A stretch of DNA of 57,820 bases from Octopus bimaculoides (Eukaryota), in NCBI RefSeq assembly GCF_001194135.2, contig NC_068982.1, positions 4,172,045 through 4,229,864 of the forward strand. Reading direction: 5' to 3'. Under the pieces are notes generated by a model. The model did no database searches, had not been told where the DNA came from, and saw only the letters and a list, made by a program, of their open reading frames with translations. Made by a program: the position numbers and the translations under genes. Position 1 is the first letter of the stretch; the number at the start of each line of letters is the position of its first letter. Below are positions 24,816-36,458 of the stretch, one piece after another.

Positions 24816-25209
24816 CGACTCTTTAATCACAGCCCATGACTGTCCTGCACTCGTTGACCTGCGACCGTTCAAGACGAGCTTTAACCAAATTGACCTTATT
24901 GTTGTCGGATGGTCTGCCAAGAGCATGGGCACAGCTCCCTCTACCAGACAAACCACTATAAGAGATAGGAAAAGACTGGACTAGCGGAGATGGTTGAAAC
25001 AAAATCAGTATCAGATTGAAATCATTCAGAACTTACATCGTTCACTTCTTCCTACAGCGTTTCTTTGTTCTCCATTTTTCTCAGACATAAGAGATATCTG
25101 GGTCCCAATTGATTGCACATTTCCGTCAGATAAAGTAGATAAACAAACAATCTCTATATTCCAAATCTTACAACCTCAACTTCTAGTTTTGTCTTGGGAA
25201 GGACGTTAG

Positions 25210-25454
25210 GCCAATAATAATAAATGCATGCACTGGTTCAACAACACTTCTTTATTGTTAGTCAATCAGTTAAATATCTAACCAACTATCTAATCGACCA
25301 TTTGCTTAATGTGTTGGTTAAAAAACCGGTTGATTGTTAAACCAGCATATAAAACAAACGATCGGTTAGTTAATTACTGGGTTAGATATTTAACCAGTTG
25401 TCTAAATTATAAAGAAGTGATATTGAACCAGTGCGTATGTTTATTATTATTGGC
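25210..25454. mobile_element. Foldback MITE
   Basis: Long inverted arms GCCAATAATAATAAATGCATGCACTGGTTCAA... / ...TTGAACCAGTGCGTATGTTTATTATTATTGGC; same family as 39490-39603. Confidence 0.75.
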
Positions 25455-25980
25455 ATAATGACCCTCTCAAGGCACGACAAGATTTGTTTCAAACCGAATA
25501 AAAAAAAACGAAGTAAATTAAGCATTACTTCTAGGTTATAGAACATTTGAAGTGAACAAGTTTATACACTAATGGGTTAGTTTTGAAGATGCTAACAAAA
25601 ATAGTGTACATGCGTTAGCAAATGAAATATCCCTCTGCTTATTCTGCCTTTACGTTCTGAGTTCAAATTCCGCAGAGGTCGACTTTATTTTTCATCCTTT
25701 CGGGGTCGATAAATTAAGTACCAGTTGCGTATTGAGGTCAATCTAATCGACTGGCCCCTCCCCCCAAATTTCGGGCCTTGTGCCTAGAGTAGAAAAGTAT
25801 ATTCTCTGGTTATTAATGATATCAAGCGCATCCACTAAAATTTTGGTGGAGCAATAAAAACGTTTTGAACATCCTCCTAAAAAAACTTCATCATAAAGCA
25901 AACGAACATAAAAACATTTTTGGTTTGGTTTGAAACATTACTTACCCATTATTGGATTTATCTGATTTGATTGATGTACA

Positions 25981-26043
<63 letters not shown>

Positions 26044-26044
<1 letters not shown>

Positions 26045-26426
26045 GAAATTAAGGCCAATAGGCCAGATGTAATTGTCAGAGATCATTAAGAAAAAAAAAT
26101 GCTTTCTAATTGATGTAACAATACCAACAGATGACAATGTTCCTCTAAAAGAAATGGAGAAATTTTCAAAATACAAAGACCTGGTAACTCGAATGTGGAG
26201 TCTAAAAACAGAAACAATTCCTATTATAGTGGGCTCCTTAGGTATAATAGAAAATATTCAGACAAATACATAACAAAAACACCAGGACTAACAAATATAT
26301 ATAACATACAGAAAATAGCACCACTAGGCACCGCACACATCCTACGTAAACACTTTCAATACAGTAATCATAACCGCAGCACATACCCAAAGCACACAGC
26401 TGCGCTCGGTAGTGCAGTGAAAGCTA

Positions 26427-26430
<4 letters not shown>
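26044..26430 (+). mobile_element. 5'-truncated R4/Dong-like element between (AAT)n tracts
   Basis: RPDVIVRD/KKKCFLIDVTIP...KFSKYKDL...IPIIVGSLG...LGTAHILRK; (AAT)n on both sides (25980-26043 and 26431-26462). Confidence 0.8.
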
Positions 26431-26464
<34 letters not shown>

Positions 26465-26836
26465 CTGTGTTGTTTTGATATTAAGATGGAAAAAAAATCG
26501 ACCTAGTTTGTAAAAAATTTGGGACCTGGGTTTGAAACCCTCAAAGCAAATTTCGTCCTTGCATATATGGTCATGTAGAACTTGAAAACCTTTATTTGGA
26601 ACTAAAGTAAAAACTATATACATTTATAAACAACACACGTGAATATGTCCGTAGAGTTCATCAATCAAAAGGTACTTTTGATAAAAAGCGAAAAGAAGTG
26701 TTTGATAGTCTGAGAGGTCTGCACATTAAATACGTTCTGGTTTGCAAGAGGTGTCAACCCAACTTTCTTCTTCTTTTATGTAATTAATTTCAAGATAATT
26801 AATTTACTGTTTGTGATAATAAGTAAAGTAAAATCC

Positions 26837-26842
26837 TTTAAT
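26837..26842 (-). terminator. Candidate IQCG polyadenylation signal (ATTAAA)
   Basis: ATTAAA on the minus strand about 50 nt after the stop codon, followed by T-rich sequence; motif only. Confidence 0.35.
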
Positions 26843-26890
26843 GTATTAAATACACAAACATTGTGTTGAAAAAACGTTCCAAGCTACAAT

Positions 26891-27377
26891 TTACTTTGAA
26901 CTTTTCTTTTTCTTGTCTCTTCTCTTCCTGAAAGGGCCAAGTCGCTTCAGAACCATTATTAATCGCCACCATGACTGAATTTGGATGGCAGATCGAAGAA
27001 TACTAAATTCATAGTCTTTAGTCACATTTTCTTCCTCCTCTTGCCGCTTGTAATCGTTCACGATAGTTTCATATTGGTTATAATTTCGCAACATATTCAA
27101 TGCTTGTTCCCAAGTTTGACTCCGAGAGTGCTTTAGTTGTTCTAGCTTTTTCGTAATTACTTCAACATCTTGTTCATATCGATCCATCCAATATTCCAGC
27201 ATTTCTTCATGTTTACTCTGCGATTTTTTCAAGAATCCTGTAATAGTTTTCGTGGCACTATTTTCTAGTCTCATTTTTTCTCTCACTTGCTCAAGTTCTG
27301 CTTGCAAATCGGAAAAGGAGTTTTTTATGACGTTCATTTTTTGTTCTACTTGAAGGGCGGTGTGTTTCGTTGTATAC
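26891..27377 (-). CDS. IQCG: IQCG/DRC9 terminal coding exon (487 nt incl. stop), IQ-like motif and basic tail
   Basis: Acceptor cattttcag|G TAT ACA completes AG|G = Arg (phase 2). RYTTKHTALQ...LEYWMDRYEQD...IQIQSWWRLIMV...KKKKSSK* matches the IQCG C-terminus (RYMKTNTELQ...LEFWMEKYDKD...LQAWWRGTMIR, recalled). Exon total 160+544+487=1191 nt = 396 aa + stop. Confidence 0.93.
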
Positions 27378-27499
27378 CTGAAAATGTAATAATTGTTCAA
27401 AGATAATATTTTATACCGAGAACTGTATAATTGATAATTAAAATAAAAGGTAAAAAATAACGTTTTGATGACTATTAAAACGTTTATGTTTTCACTTAT

Positions 27500-27680
27500 T
27501 AGACATGCGGGCGTAGGCATGGCTGTGTGGTAAAGAAGTTTGTATTGCAACCACCTGGCTTTGCGTTCCCTCTCACTGTGCGGTAGTTTGTGAAAGTCTA
27601 TTTCTCTATAATTCTGCACCACCCAATGCCTTGTCAGTGAATTTGATAGACAGAAACTGTGCGGAAGCTCGTCATCGTGG

Positions 27681-27734
<54 letters not shown>

Positions 27735-28215
27735 NNNNNNNNNNNNNNNNNNNNNNNNNNNNNNNNNNNNNNNNNNNNNNNNNNNNNNNNNNNNNNNNNN
27801 NNNNNNNNNNNNNNNNNNNGTAGGAGTGGCTGTGTGTTAAGAAGCTTGCTTCCCAACCACATGGTTCTGGGTTCAGTCCTACTGCGTGGCACCTTGGGCA
27901 ACTGTCTTCTACTATAGCTTCGGTCGGACCAAAGTGGATTTGGTAGACGGGAACTGAAAGAAGCCCGTCATATAAATAAATAAATATATGTATGTATGTA
28001 TGTATTTGTTATTTGTGTCTGTGTTTGTCCCTCCACCATCGCTTGACAACCGATGTTGGTGTCTTTACGTCCGCGTCACATAGCGGTTCGGCAAAAAGAT
28101 ACCGATAGAATAAGTATTAGGCTTACAAGGAATAAGTCCTGGGGTCGATTTGTTCGACTAAAGGCGTTGCTCCAGCATGACCGCAGTCAAATGACTGAAA
28201 CAAGCAAACGAATAA
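27500..28215 (+). mobile_element. Two SINE family A copies separated by (CA)n and a gap
   Basis: Diverged head at 27500-27690; well-preserved copy at 27820-28215. Confidence 0.85.
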
Positions 28216-29737
28216 AAGAATATATATATGGGGAGTATGTGCATATGTGTGTGTGTGTATTCCTCGAGCGCTTGACAGCCTGTGTTAGTAGTTCGTTTAC
28301 GTTCTCGTAACTTAGCGGCTGGACAAAAGAAACCGATAGAAAAATTAGAGGACTTTTAAAAAGGCCACTGGGTTTGATTTGTCCGCGTGAATGCTTTAAG
28401 GCTGTAGTCACATGACACCAGCGAATTAAAAATGGAAGATATTTGCCAGAAGAAAGTTCGCTGTATCATGAGTTGTGATACAAATGATGTACAAAATGAG
28501 ATGCAGCGACACTATTCATTATATGCGAGGCCGTGTTTGGGTAACTTTCCATTCGAGATGATTTTCTGTGCATCATATTTCTTGTTCTTATAACCTCCGG
28601 CGAGAAATTTGCATTTTGTTTCTTCGAAGACTACAAGGAAAAAGACAGTATTTTATTCCACCAACTCTTTACGAACCAAAAATTGACTTTGGGTCTAACC
28701 GACAGAAAAAATAAAAGAAATTCTTTGTACATTTTATATTAAAAAAAAAATGCTAATTAGAAGCCAACGATGCAATCGATCCGACGCAACTTAGCCAGTG
28801 ACCTATTCGAAATAGCAGCCAAATTTCTTTTGATTTAAACCCATTTAAAAAAGAGAAAAACCACACGAAATGATGTGCAGAGAATTTAAAAAAAGATTAG
28901 GGGATTAAGATAGGAATGTCTTTGCTCACAGGTCTACTCGATCAGGCTTGATCCAAAGCTGAACAACAAGAGTGACAACAGGAATAATGATAAGAGATCA
29001 ACATAGATTATCCATGAAGCTTCATTCGATAAAATATATATCTTATGCAAAGCGAGTGATTCAGTTCCGTGTGCAGCCACTGACTACTGATTTATAGCCA
29101 TGGGTTAAAGCAAAAAATCCTTATTAAAGAACCATAAAAAACCCCCAGAAAAAACATACGCTGAGTTAACAAGCTCACTCATTAATTAAGCTGTCACTCA
29201 AAGTCATATGAGAAAGAGATCCGTTTCTTTTTAAATGTTTGTTTTGCTTTCAGCTCCATTGTCCTTGTTTAGGCTACAAAGTACTAGGTCTGATCAAAAG
29301 TTACCCGGGGTGGTGCTATCATAAGAAAACTACAACACATACCAATCCGGCATTTGATCTCTTTCGAAGCCACACCCTTTATCTAGCACCGTTTCTATTG
29401 ATGGAAGCATTCCAGGAGCTCTTTTNNNNNNNNNNNNNNNNNNNNNNNNNNNNNNNNNNNNNNNNNNNNNNNNNNNNNNNNNNNNNNNNNNNNNNNNNNN
29501 NNNNNNNNNNNNNNNNNNNNNNNNNNNNNNNNNNNNNNNNNNNNNNNNNNNNNNNNNNNNNNNNNNNNNNNNNNNNNNNNNNNNNNNNNNNNNNNNNNNN
29601 NNNNNNNNNNNNNNNNNNNNNNNNNNNNNNNNNNNNNNNNNNNNNNNNNNNNNNNNNNNNNNNNNNNNNNNNNNNNNNNNNNNNNNNNNNNNNNNNNNNN
29701 NNNNNNNNNNNNNNNNNNNNNNNNNNNNNNNNNNNNN

Positions 29738-29771
<34 letters not shown>

Positions 29772-29814
29772 AACATATTATTTAATAGGAATTTTGGTCA
29801 TTGTCTGCGCTGGC

Positions 29815-29925
29815 ACTTCGCTAGTTATGACGAGGGTTCCAGTTGATCCGATCAACAGAACAGCCCACTCGTGAGATGAACATGCATGTAGGTGAGTACT
29901 CCACAGACACGTGTACCCTTAACCT
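29815..29925 (-). mobile_element. 3' fragment of the Arg-like SINE
   Basis: gacgagggttccagttgatccgatcaacagaacagcc...cacagacacgtgtacccttaac shared with 34190-34290. Confidence 0.75.
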
Positions 29926-30027
29926 AGGAAGAAGGAGAATGAGAGAGAGAGGGAGAGAGAGAAATGGAGAGAGGAGGAGGGAGAGATGGGGAAGGAGAGA
30001 AAGAGAGAGAGAGGGAGAGGTAGTGAA

Positions 30028-30058
<31 letters not shown>

Positions 30059-31579
30059 AGAGAGAGGGAGGGAGAAAGAAGAAGTGGGAGGGGAGGAAGT
30101 GAAAATGAGATGGAGAGGAGAGAGAGAAAGAGAGAAAGAGGGAGAGGGAGGAAGACAGTGAAAAAGAAAAAGAGAAAAGAGAAAGAGGGAGGGGAGGCAG
30201 TGAAAGAGAGAGAGAGAGAGTCTTTCGACCCTTGTACATGATTGATACTTTTATTTATTGACCCTAGAATGATGATAGAAAAAGTCGATCACAAGTGGAT
30301 TTGAACTTAGAATACACTGAGTTGAAACAAACACTGTAAAATAGCCTGTCCGATGCTCTAAAGAGTCTACCAACACATCATCTACACCTACTCCACTCTG
30401 CAAAAACAAAACAAAACCAAAAAATCCCCCCAGAAAACCAAGCAACCAGACCAAATGAAACTTGTCCAGACATCAGCTTAAGTTAATATGATAATGTCGA
30501 GTGACAGCGAAGACAGAGACTTAAGTTGATTAGGTTTTCACATTTTCGCACACAGTTTAAAAAACAAATTTATTTGAAGCTGCATAAAATAATGGCGCCT
30601 CTATTGTCCTCAGGTAATCTTCACTTCATTAAAATGTTGCTGACAATCCATTTATCAAGCTGCTTTGTAAACTTTATTTTTACAATAACAATAACATTGA
30701 TTTCTTTTTTCGCGTATTTTCAAAAATATATAATATGAGTTAATAATGTAACTCTGTATCTCTCATCAGACGACATTAAAATAGAATCATAACTGTTCAA
30801 GTAGATTGTATATTACTGGTTTATACCCCTGTCCTGCCATTGTTGCATCATCAAAATTGCCATGCTTCCTGTGACAAGACACTTAACTCTCTCGAGCGGT
30901 TGAAGGAACCTTTATACTGTCCTTTGAATTACTAGAGATAGAAGCCAACTCTTCCTCAAATCACGCTGTTAAACTAACAAGAAAAAGATATTTGATCAAT
31001 GTTTCGCCACCATTTTTGTCCAATTGACCGTTTTGATCTCTATTTTATTCAGATGGACCTTCATAGTCATTCGATGTTTAAAAATCCTATTGAATTTTTA
31101 TCATTAAATACTATTATTAGGAATTGTATTAAAATAAAGATTATTAAAATACTTTGTATGTTGTAGAGGCGTAAACCAATTTATTGCAGAGAGATTTCAA
31201 CAGCAAAATCTTATAAGGATCCCCTAGGGTCATATGATCCCTGGTTGAGAAACACTGCATTAGATGAATGCAATGCAAGCCCAAGATATTAAAAAAAATA
31301 GATGGTACAATCATAGTTAAAGCGTTTTCGATCCCAGACCTCTTCCATTAGGGCTCACTTGGGATAAGTAACGACTAAAACAACATCAACAACAACACAA
31401 AATCTTCTTTATTTCAGCAACCTTATCAGGCCAACGTTTTATAAAATGATACACTTCTAAAATTTAGTCCCTGATAGGTACTGGCGAGGCTGTGTGGTAA
31501 GAAGTTTGCTTCCCAACCACATGCGTGGCACCTTGGGCAAGTATCTTCTACTACAGCCTCAGGCCGACCGAAGCCCTTC

Positions 31580-31646
<67 letters not shown>

Positions 31647-31871
31647 TAGATAGATAGATAGATAGATAGATGTAAAAAGGTTGAATAGCAGATTCGTCTT
31701 TTAATTTGCACGTTTCCAGAAAAGATTTCTAATGTTGATTCTTCATATTTTGCTGGTAGTTTACAGGCATAAATTTGCGAAGATATGACAGCATCTAACA
31801 CGCACAATATTTTGAGCCAAGCAAGTGGCAGCTAAGTGTTCACAGCCTTACTCGAAATAGAAAATGTTGTT

Positions 31872-32168
31872 TGTTCCTTCTCGAGCCATGCCGGGCTCTT
31901 AAGGACCGGTTTCCCGGTTTCATTGGCGTATAGTTTCCCCACCTGGACGGGACGCCGGTCCGTCGCAGGTGAGCTGCTAAATGCAGGAGGAAAGAGTGAG
32001 AGAAAGTTGTGACGAAAGAGTCAGCAGAAGTTCGCTATTACCTTCTGTCGGAGCCGCGTGGAGCTTAAGTGTTTCGCTCATAAACACATACATCGCCCAG
32101 TCTGAGATTCGAATCCACGATCCCTCGACAGCAAGTCCTGTGCTCTAACCACTAAGCCATATGCCTCC
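31872..32168 (-). mobile_element. tRNA-derived SINE with V-domain-like 3' part
   Basis: Head GGAGGCATATGGCTTAGTGGTTAGAG...GGATTCGAATCTC; body shared with the Arg-like SINE; 3' CTGCGACGGACCGGCGTCCCGTCCAGG resembles V-SINE cores (recalled). Confidence 0.7.
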
Positions 32169-32362
32169 ATGGAAATAGAAAATGATGAATTTATTCATTA
32201 ACCCAGGGGACACAAGACTCAAAGTAAACTCTAACTGACTTGAAGCCAGAATATTATGACACTAAACTTACTATTGTTTTATTAGAACACCGAATACTGC
32301 GTTATTAGCCTTGATAGATCTTCACATTTACAGGCGCCTGGTGCATAAAAGCACACACACAA

Positions 32363-32458
32363 ATCGTAGCAGACGAGAATTTTCTGTTATGGACGCCTGA
32401 ACTCCCGCATCACGTGATATGGGAGTCCCCATGACAGACGATTGTCGTCTGCTACGAT
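32363..32458. repeat. 96-bp imperfect palindrome
   Basis: Perfect 14-bp outer arms ATCGTAGCAGACGA/TCGTCTGCTACGAT, inner ACTCCC/GGGAGT, central ATCACGTGAT. Confidence 0.9.
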
Positions 32459-33153
32459 CTAATAATTACTGTTGTACCAAGCCCTATCGTGTTTTTTCAG
32501 CTGTATTAATTAAATACCTCAGAGCGGTAGATAAGCAGAACCATTAGAGCCTGCGATACATACTAACTGTTCTTCACGTTCTGAGTTCAAATACTGCAGA
32601 GGTCAGCTTTACTTTTTGTGCTTTCGATGTTGATAAAATAAAGTGTCAGTCGAGTTCTGAGATTGATTTAATCAATGAACCTCGCGCTTCAAATCGGCGG
32701 ACTTGTACCTATCTTAGGAGCGTACCTATCTTAGAAGATAGGTACCTGTCTTGTACCTATCTTAGAAGATGGGTTTTATCTCAATAAAAGTTCCGCGTAT
32801 TCATAGGAAGACTGCTGGTTTACTATGATGGTGAAATTGTGTGGATTGCACTTGTTGTTGTTCTCGTTGCTTAAGTCTTAGATCAGCTCTGAGTACATAT
32901 ATCACCAAACATATAGCATCGACAGCTCATCTTTTTAAGGACTATCTAGAACTATATTTGTGAACATGTACTTTTGAACATTGAGGAAGATTTGGTTGCT
33001 ATTTCTTGCATGACAGCGACCACGCAGATGTTCGCTGTTTGGTTCAAAATAACGTGCATTTTAAATACTTTTATACTTTGCAGACAGCTTGTATAATTTT
33101 CACAAATACTTTAATTTTTTATTCGGGAATGAAAATCGGTTAATATTACAAGA

Positions 33154-33193
<40 letters not shown>

Positions 33194-33207
33194 CTCTCTC
33201 TCTCTCA

Positions 33208-33244
<37 letters not shown>

Positions 33245-33263
33245 ATCTATCTATCTATCTATT

Positions 33264-33307
<44 letters not shown>

Positions 33308-33334
33308 TCTCTCTCTTTCTCTCTCTCTCTCATA

Positions 33335-33379
<45 letters not shown>

Positions 33380-34164
33380 CCCTATTTCTCTCTCTCTCTC
33401 TCTCTNNNNNNNNNNTATCTATCTATCTATCTCCCTATTTCTCTCTCTCTCTCTCTCTCACTCTCTCTCTCTCTCTCACTCTCTCTCTCTCTAGTTTTAT
33501 TTTACCCCGTAACACGTTTTGGTTAAGCTTACAAAGACTATAACATGCCATGAAAACACGGCTGATCAATGTAAAGGGAGGTTCTGTCTGTGTCACTGAT
33601 TTGAATATGACTATATTTTAGCTACCGCTTTTAGGCATGTCATTTCGACAGCATTGCTAATGCTTTCAGTAGAGACATTACCATAACAATATTCCATTAC
33701 CATCCATGACAGTGCACCGTTGGGAACTGTGCGCAGACTCGCAAGTTTTGTCTCGTCAAAGAAATATCAAGAATCCTAAAGGCAGAAAATAAAGGACTGA
33801 ACAACCGCCATAATAAATGATGATGATGATGATGATGATGGTTTATTCCTATATTCTTGTTTGGTAGAATCTGGCCTCGCTGTTCTCCGATAGACTATCA
33901 AACTACTTGCCAGTTTTAAATTTAATTTGCTCTACATCCCCGAGGTATTTTCCCGCCATCAGATCTATATGTAGCTGAGAAATTTTACTCTACTGTAGAA
34001 GTCTCGACGCTGGTGATAAGCTGCTAACTGTAATCTTTTCAAGCGAGAGGTCAACATCAAATCTAATCAGCCGTTGTGGTACCTTCAAATCGAAACTTAT
34101 TTTACCGAACGAAGGTACCTATCGGTTGGTTAACAGTGGGGAAGATTTGGTCGTTTCAATTATT

Positions 34165-34550
34165 ACTACGTTACTCCGTCGGTTACAACGACGAGGGTTC
34201 CAGTTGATCCGATCAACAGAACAGCCTGCTCGTGAAATTAATGTGCAAGTGGCTGAGCACTCCACAGACACGTGTACCCTTAACGTAGTTCTTGGGGAGA
34301 TTCAGCGTGACACAGAGTGTGACAAGGCTGGCTCTTTGAAATAGAGGTACAACAGAAACGGGAGGAAAAAGAGTGAGAGAAAGTTGCAGCGAAAGAGTAC
34401 AGCAGGGTTCGCCACCAACCCCTGCCGGAGCCTCGTGGAATTTTGGGTGTTTTTGCTCAAAAGACACTCACAACGCCCGGTCTGGGAATCGAAACCGCGA
34501 TCCTACGACCGCGAGTCCGCTGCCCTAATCACTGGGCCATTGCGCCTCCA
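34165..34550 (-). mobile_element. tRNA(Arg)-like-headed SINE, near full length
   Basis: Head GGAGGCGCAATGGCCCAGTGATTAGG...GGACTCGCGG...GGTTTCGATTCCC with TCG anticodon-like triplet; other copies at 54641, 29815 and 51145. Confidence 0.85.
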
Positions 34551-34708
34551 CGATTATTACTTACTCATAATTTGTTAGCACTGCAGAATAAAAGAAATGA
34601 TCTCTAAGTCAACGGAGCAAGCGATGCAAGATCGATTCTCGAAATAGCTGGTCTAAACAACACGATTTACAATTTGTGCTTTAGTTTCCGGTAAATAGTA
34701 AATTTCCA

Positions 34709-35068
34709 TCATTTACATTATTTACAGTTGACGGATATTTGTCCTCATCTTGTTTGTTGTTAACACAACGTTTCGGTTGATATACCCTCCAGCCTTCATC
34801 AGGTGTCTTGGGGAAATTTCGAACCTGGGTTCTCATTCCTAAGGTATTTTTCATTATTATTATTATTATTACTATTCAGGTCACTGCCAGGAATCGAACT
34901 CGGAATCTTGGGGTTAGTAGCCCGCGCTCTTAGCCACTACGCTATATGCCCGTGGGAATATGGCGTAGTGGTTAACAACAAACAAGATGAAGACAAATAT
35001 CTGTCAAATGTGAATAATGTAAGTAATGTAAATAATGTACATAATTCCCCATCTCTTAAATATAGAAC
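34709..35068 (-). mobile_element. tRNA-headed, hammerhead-containing retroelement in head-to-head arrangement
   Basis: 12-bp direct repeat AGTAAATTTCCA at 34697-34708 and 35069-35080; minus arm = tRNA-like head 34951-34879 (A box TAGCGTAGTGG, B box GTTCGATTCC), (AAT)n linker, hammerhead, tail; plus arm = 22-nt head plus tail. Confidence 0.8.
34762..34807 (-). ncRNA. Minimal type I hammerhead ribozyme motif
   Basis: GACAC-CUGAUGA-A-GGCUG(GAGGGUAUAU)CAACC-GAAA-CG-UU/GUGUU: intact core, stem I GACAC:GUGUU, stem II with one C.A mismatch, loop-less palindromic stem III (ACGU). Predicted cut between 34767 and 34766. Confidence 0.8.
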
Positions 35069-35701
35069 AGTAAATTTCCAGCCACAAGGCTTTAGCCAGT
35101 CCAAGGTTATAGAAAAAGACACCTTCCGAAGGTGCTACCCAGTGGGACTGAACCCAGGACCATGTGGTTGGGAAGTAAGCATGTTACCACACAGCCACAG
35201 CTATAGAATAAAGAGACGAAAAGAAGCCTTTTACTAGTTAATGCAATGGAAACTTCTCGTAGTTTCCAGTACACCGTAAGACATGGTGAACAGTGGTGGT
35301 GGTGAGGATAAAATAAGTAGAATAAAAAAGACGTATTCTCTTTAACCACTGAGTTTGAATGTACGGTGCTAGCTTGGAACACACTGAGAGTGGTTTTGAA
35401 TAAGCTTGAAGTACGTTTGTTTTATACTAAGAAAGCCATTCTAATTAAAAGACAAAAATCTCCGATAAATATATTTCGATAAACATTTTTTCTATGTCCC
35501 AGCTATGCAATTATCTCGTATATATAGCATCATTTTCTAATTTTCTAATATAAATCTGTTCCAGCGCAGTTACCGGGTAAGATACGATGGTAATATATCA
35601 TTTCCAGTCTCCTGTTGTTCTATGTTTTATGCATTATGAGTTCATACTTAACACTTTCGTAGACATTCTAAAAGGAATGGGAAAATAAATGATTAGAGAG
35701 A

Positions 35702-35785
<84 letters not shown>

Positions 35786-36094
35786 TGAAAAAAAAAAAGG
35801 TTGGCGAAGATTCAGAAAGAATATCTTTAAGATATTAATATTTTTATGGTTGGGAAGTATCTGATATGAATTATCCCATCGCTACGTAATTCCGTGTACA
35901 TATATGTACACATACGTTAAGACAAATATTTTTATATAAGTATTTTACATTGGTTTTTAAATGATATTTTGTAAATTAATGAGAATGTTATAAACATTGA
36001 TTACTTTCAGCAAGTCATAAAGCCAATTTATGTAGGTGGGAAGGGTGCGTTTGACTAAATTCAAATTCAATATATTATTGCTACATTCTATAGG

Positions 36095-36263
36095 CACAGA
36101 CGTGGCTGTGTGGTAAGAAGCTTGCTTCCCAACCACATGTTTCCGGGTTCAGTCCAGCTGCATAGCATAGCAGTTTGGGTAAGTGTCTTATATTTGGGCC
36201 GACCAAAGCCCGGCCTAAACCTTGTAAGTGGATTTGATAGATGGAAACTGAAAGAAGACCGTC

Positions 36264-36306
<43 letters not shown>

Positions 36307-36330
36307 TGTGTGTGTGTGTGTGTGTGTGTT
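36095..36330 (+). mobile_element. SINE family A 5' half
   Basis: gtggctgtgtggtaagaagcttgcttcccaaccacatg...gaaactgaaagaagaccgtcg(AT)n. Confidence 0.9.
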
Positions 36331-36458
36331 CGTGTTTGTAAACAATTGTACCCTCTAACGGCTGCTCTGTCTGTGTCAAACAGCAACGAATTCACCTTCA
36401 GTTCGCACCCTACTATTTTAAAGATATAGACACTCAGTTCGTGGCGTCTTTCCGGTGT

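Noticed and set aside
24840-24990. Minus-strand exon-like segment after a polypyrimidine acceptor (GLSGRGSCAHALG...)
   Set aside because: No homology recognised and donor is weak; cannot be supported.
30725-30775. Minus-strand CTGATGA-GAG with nearby hairpin GAGTTA/TAACTC
   Set aside because: GAAA is not positioned after the stem and stems I/III are absent.
34879-34951. Functional tRNA gene (ACT anticodon-like loop)
   Set aside because: Acceptor stem does not pair, anticodon stem has only 3 bp, and it is part of a TSD-bounded insertion; it is a SINE head.
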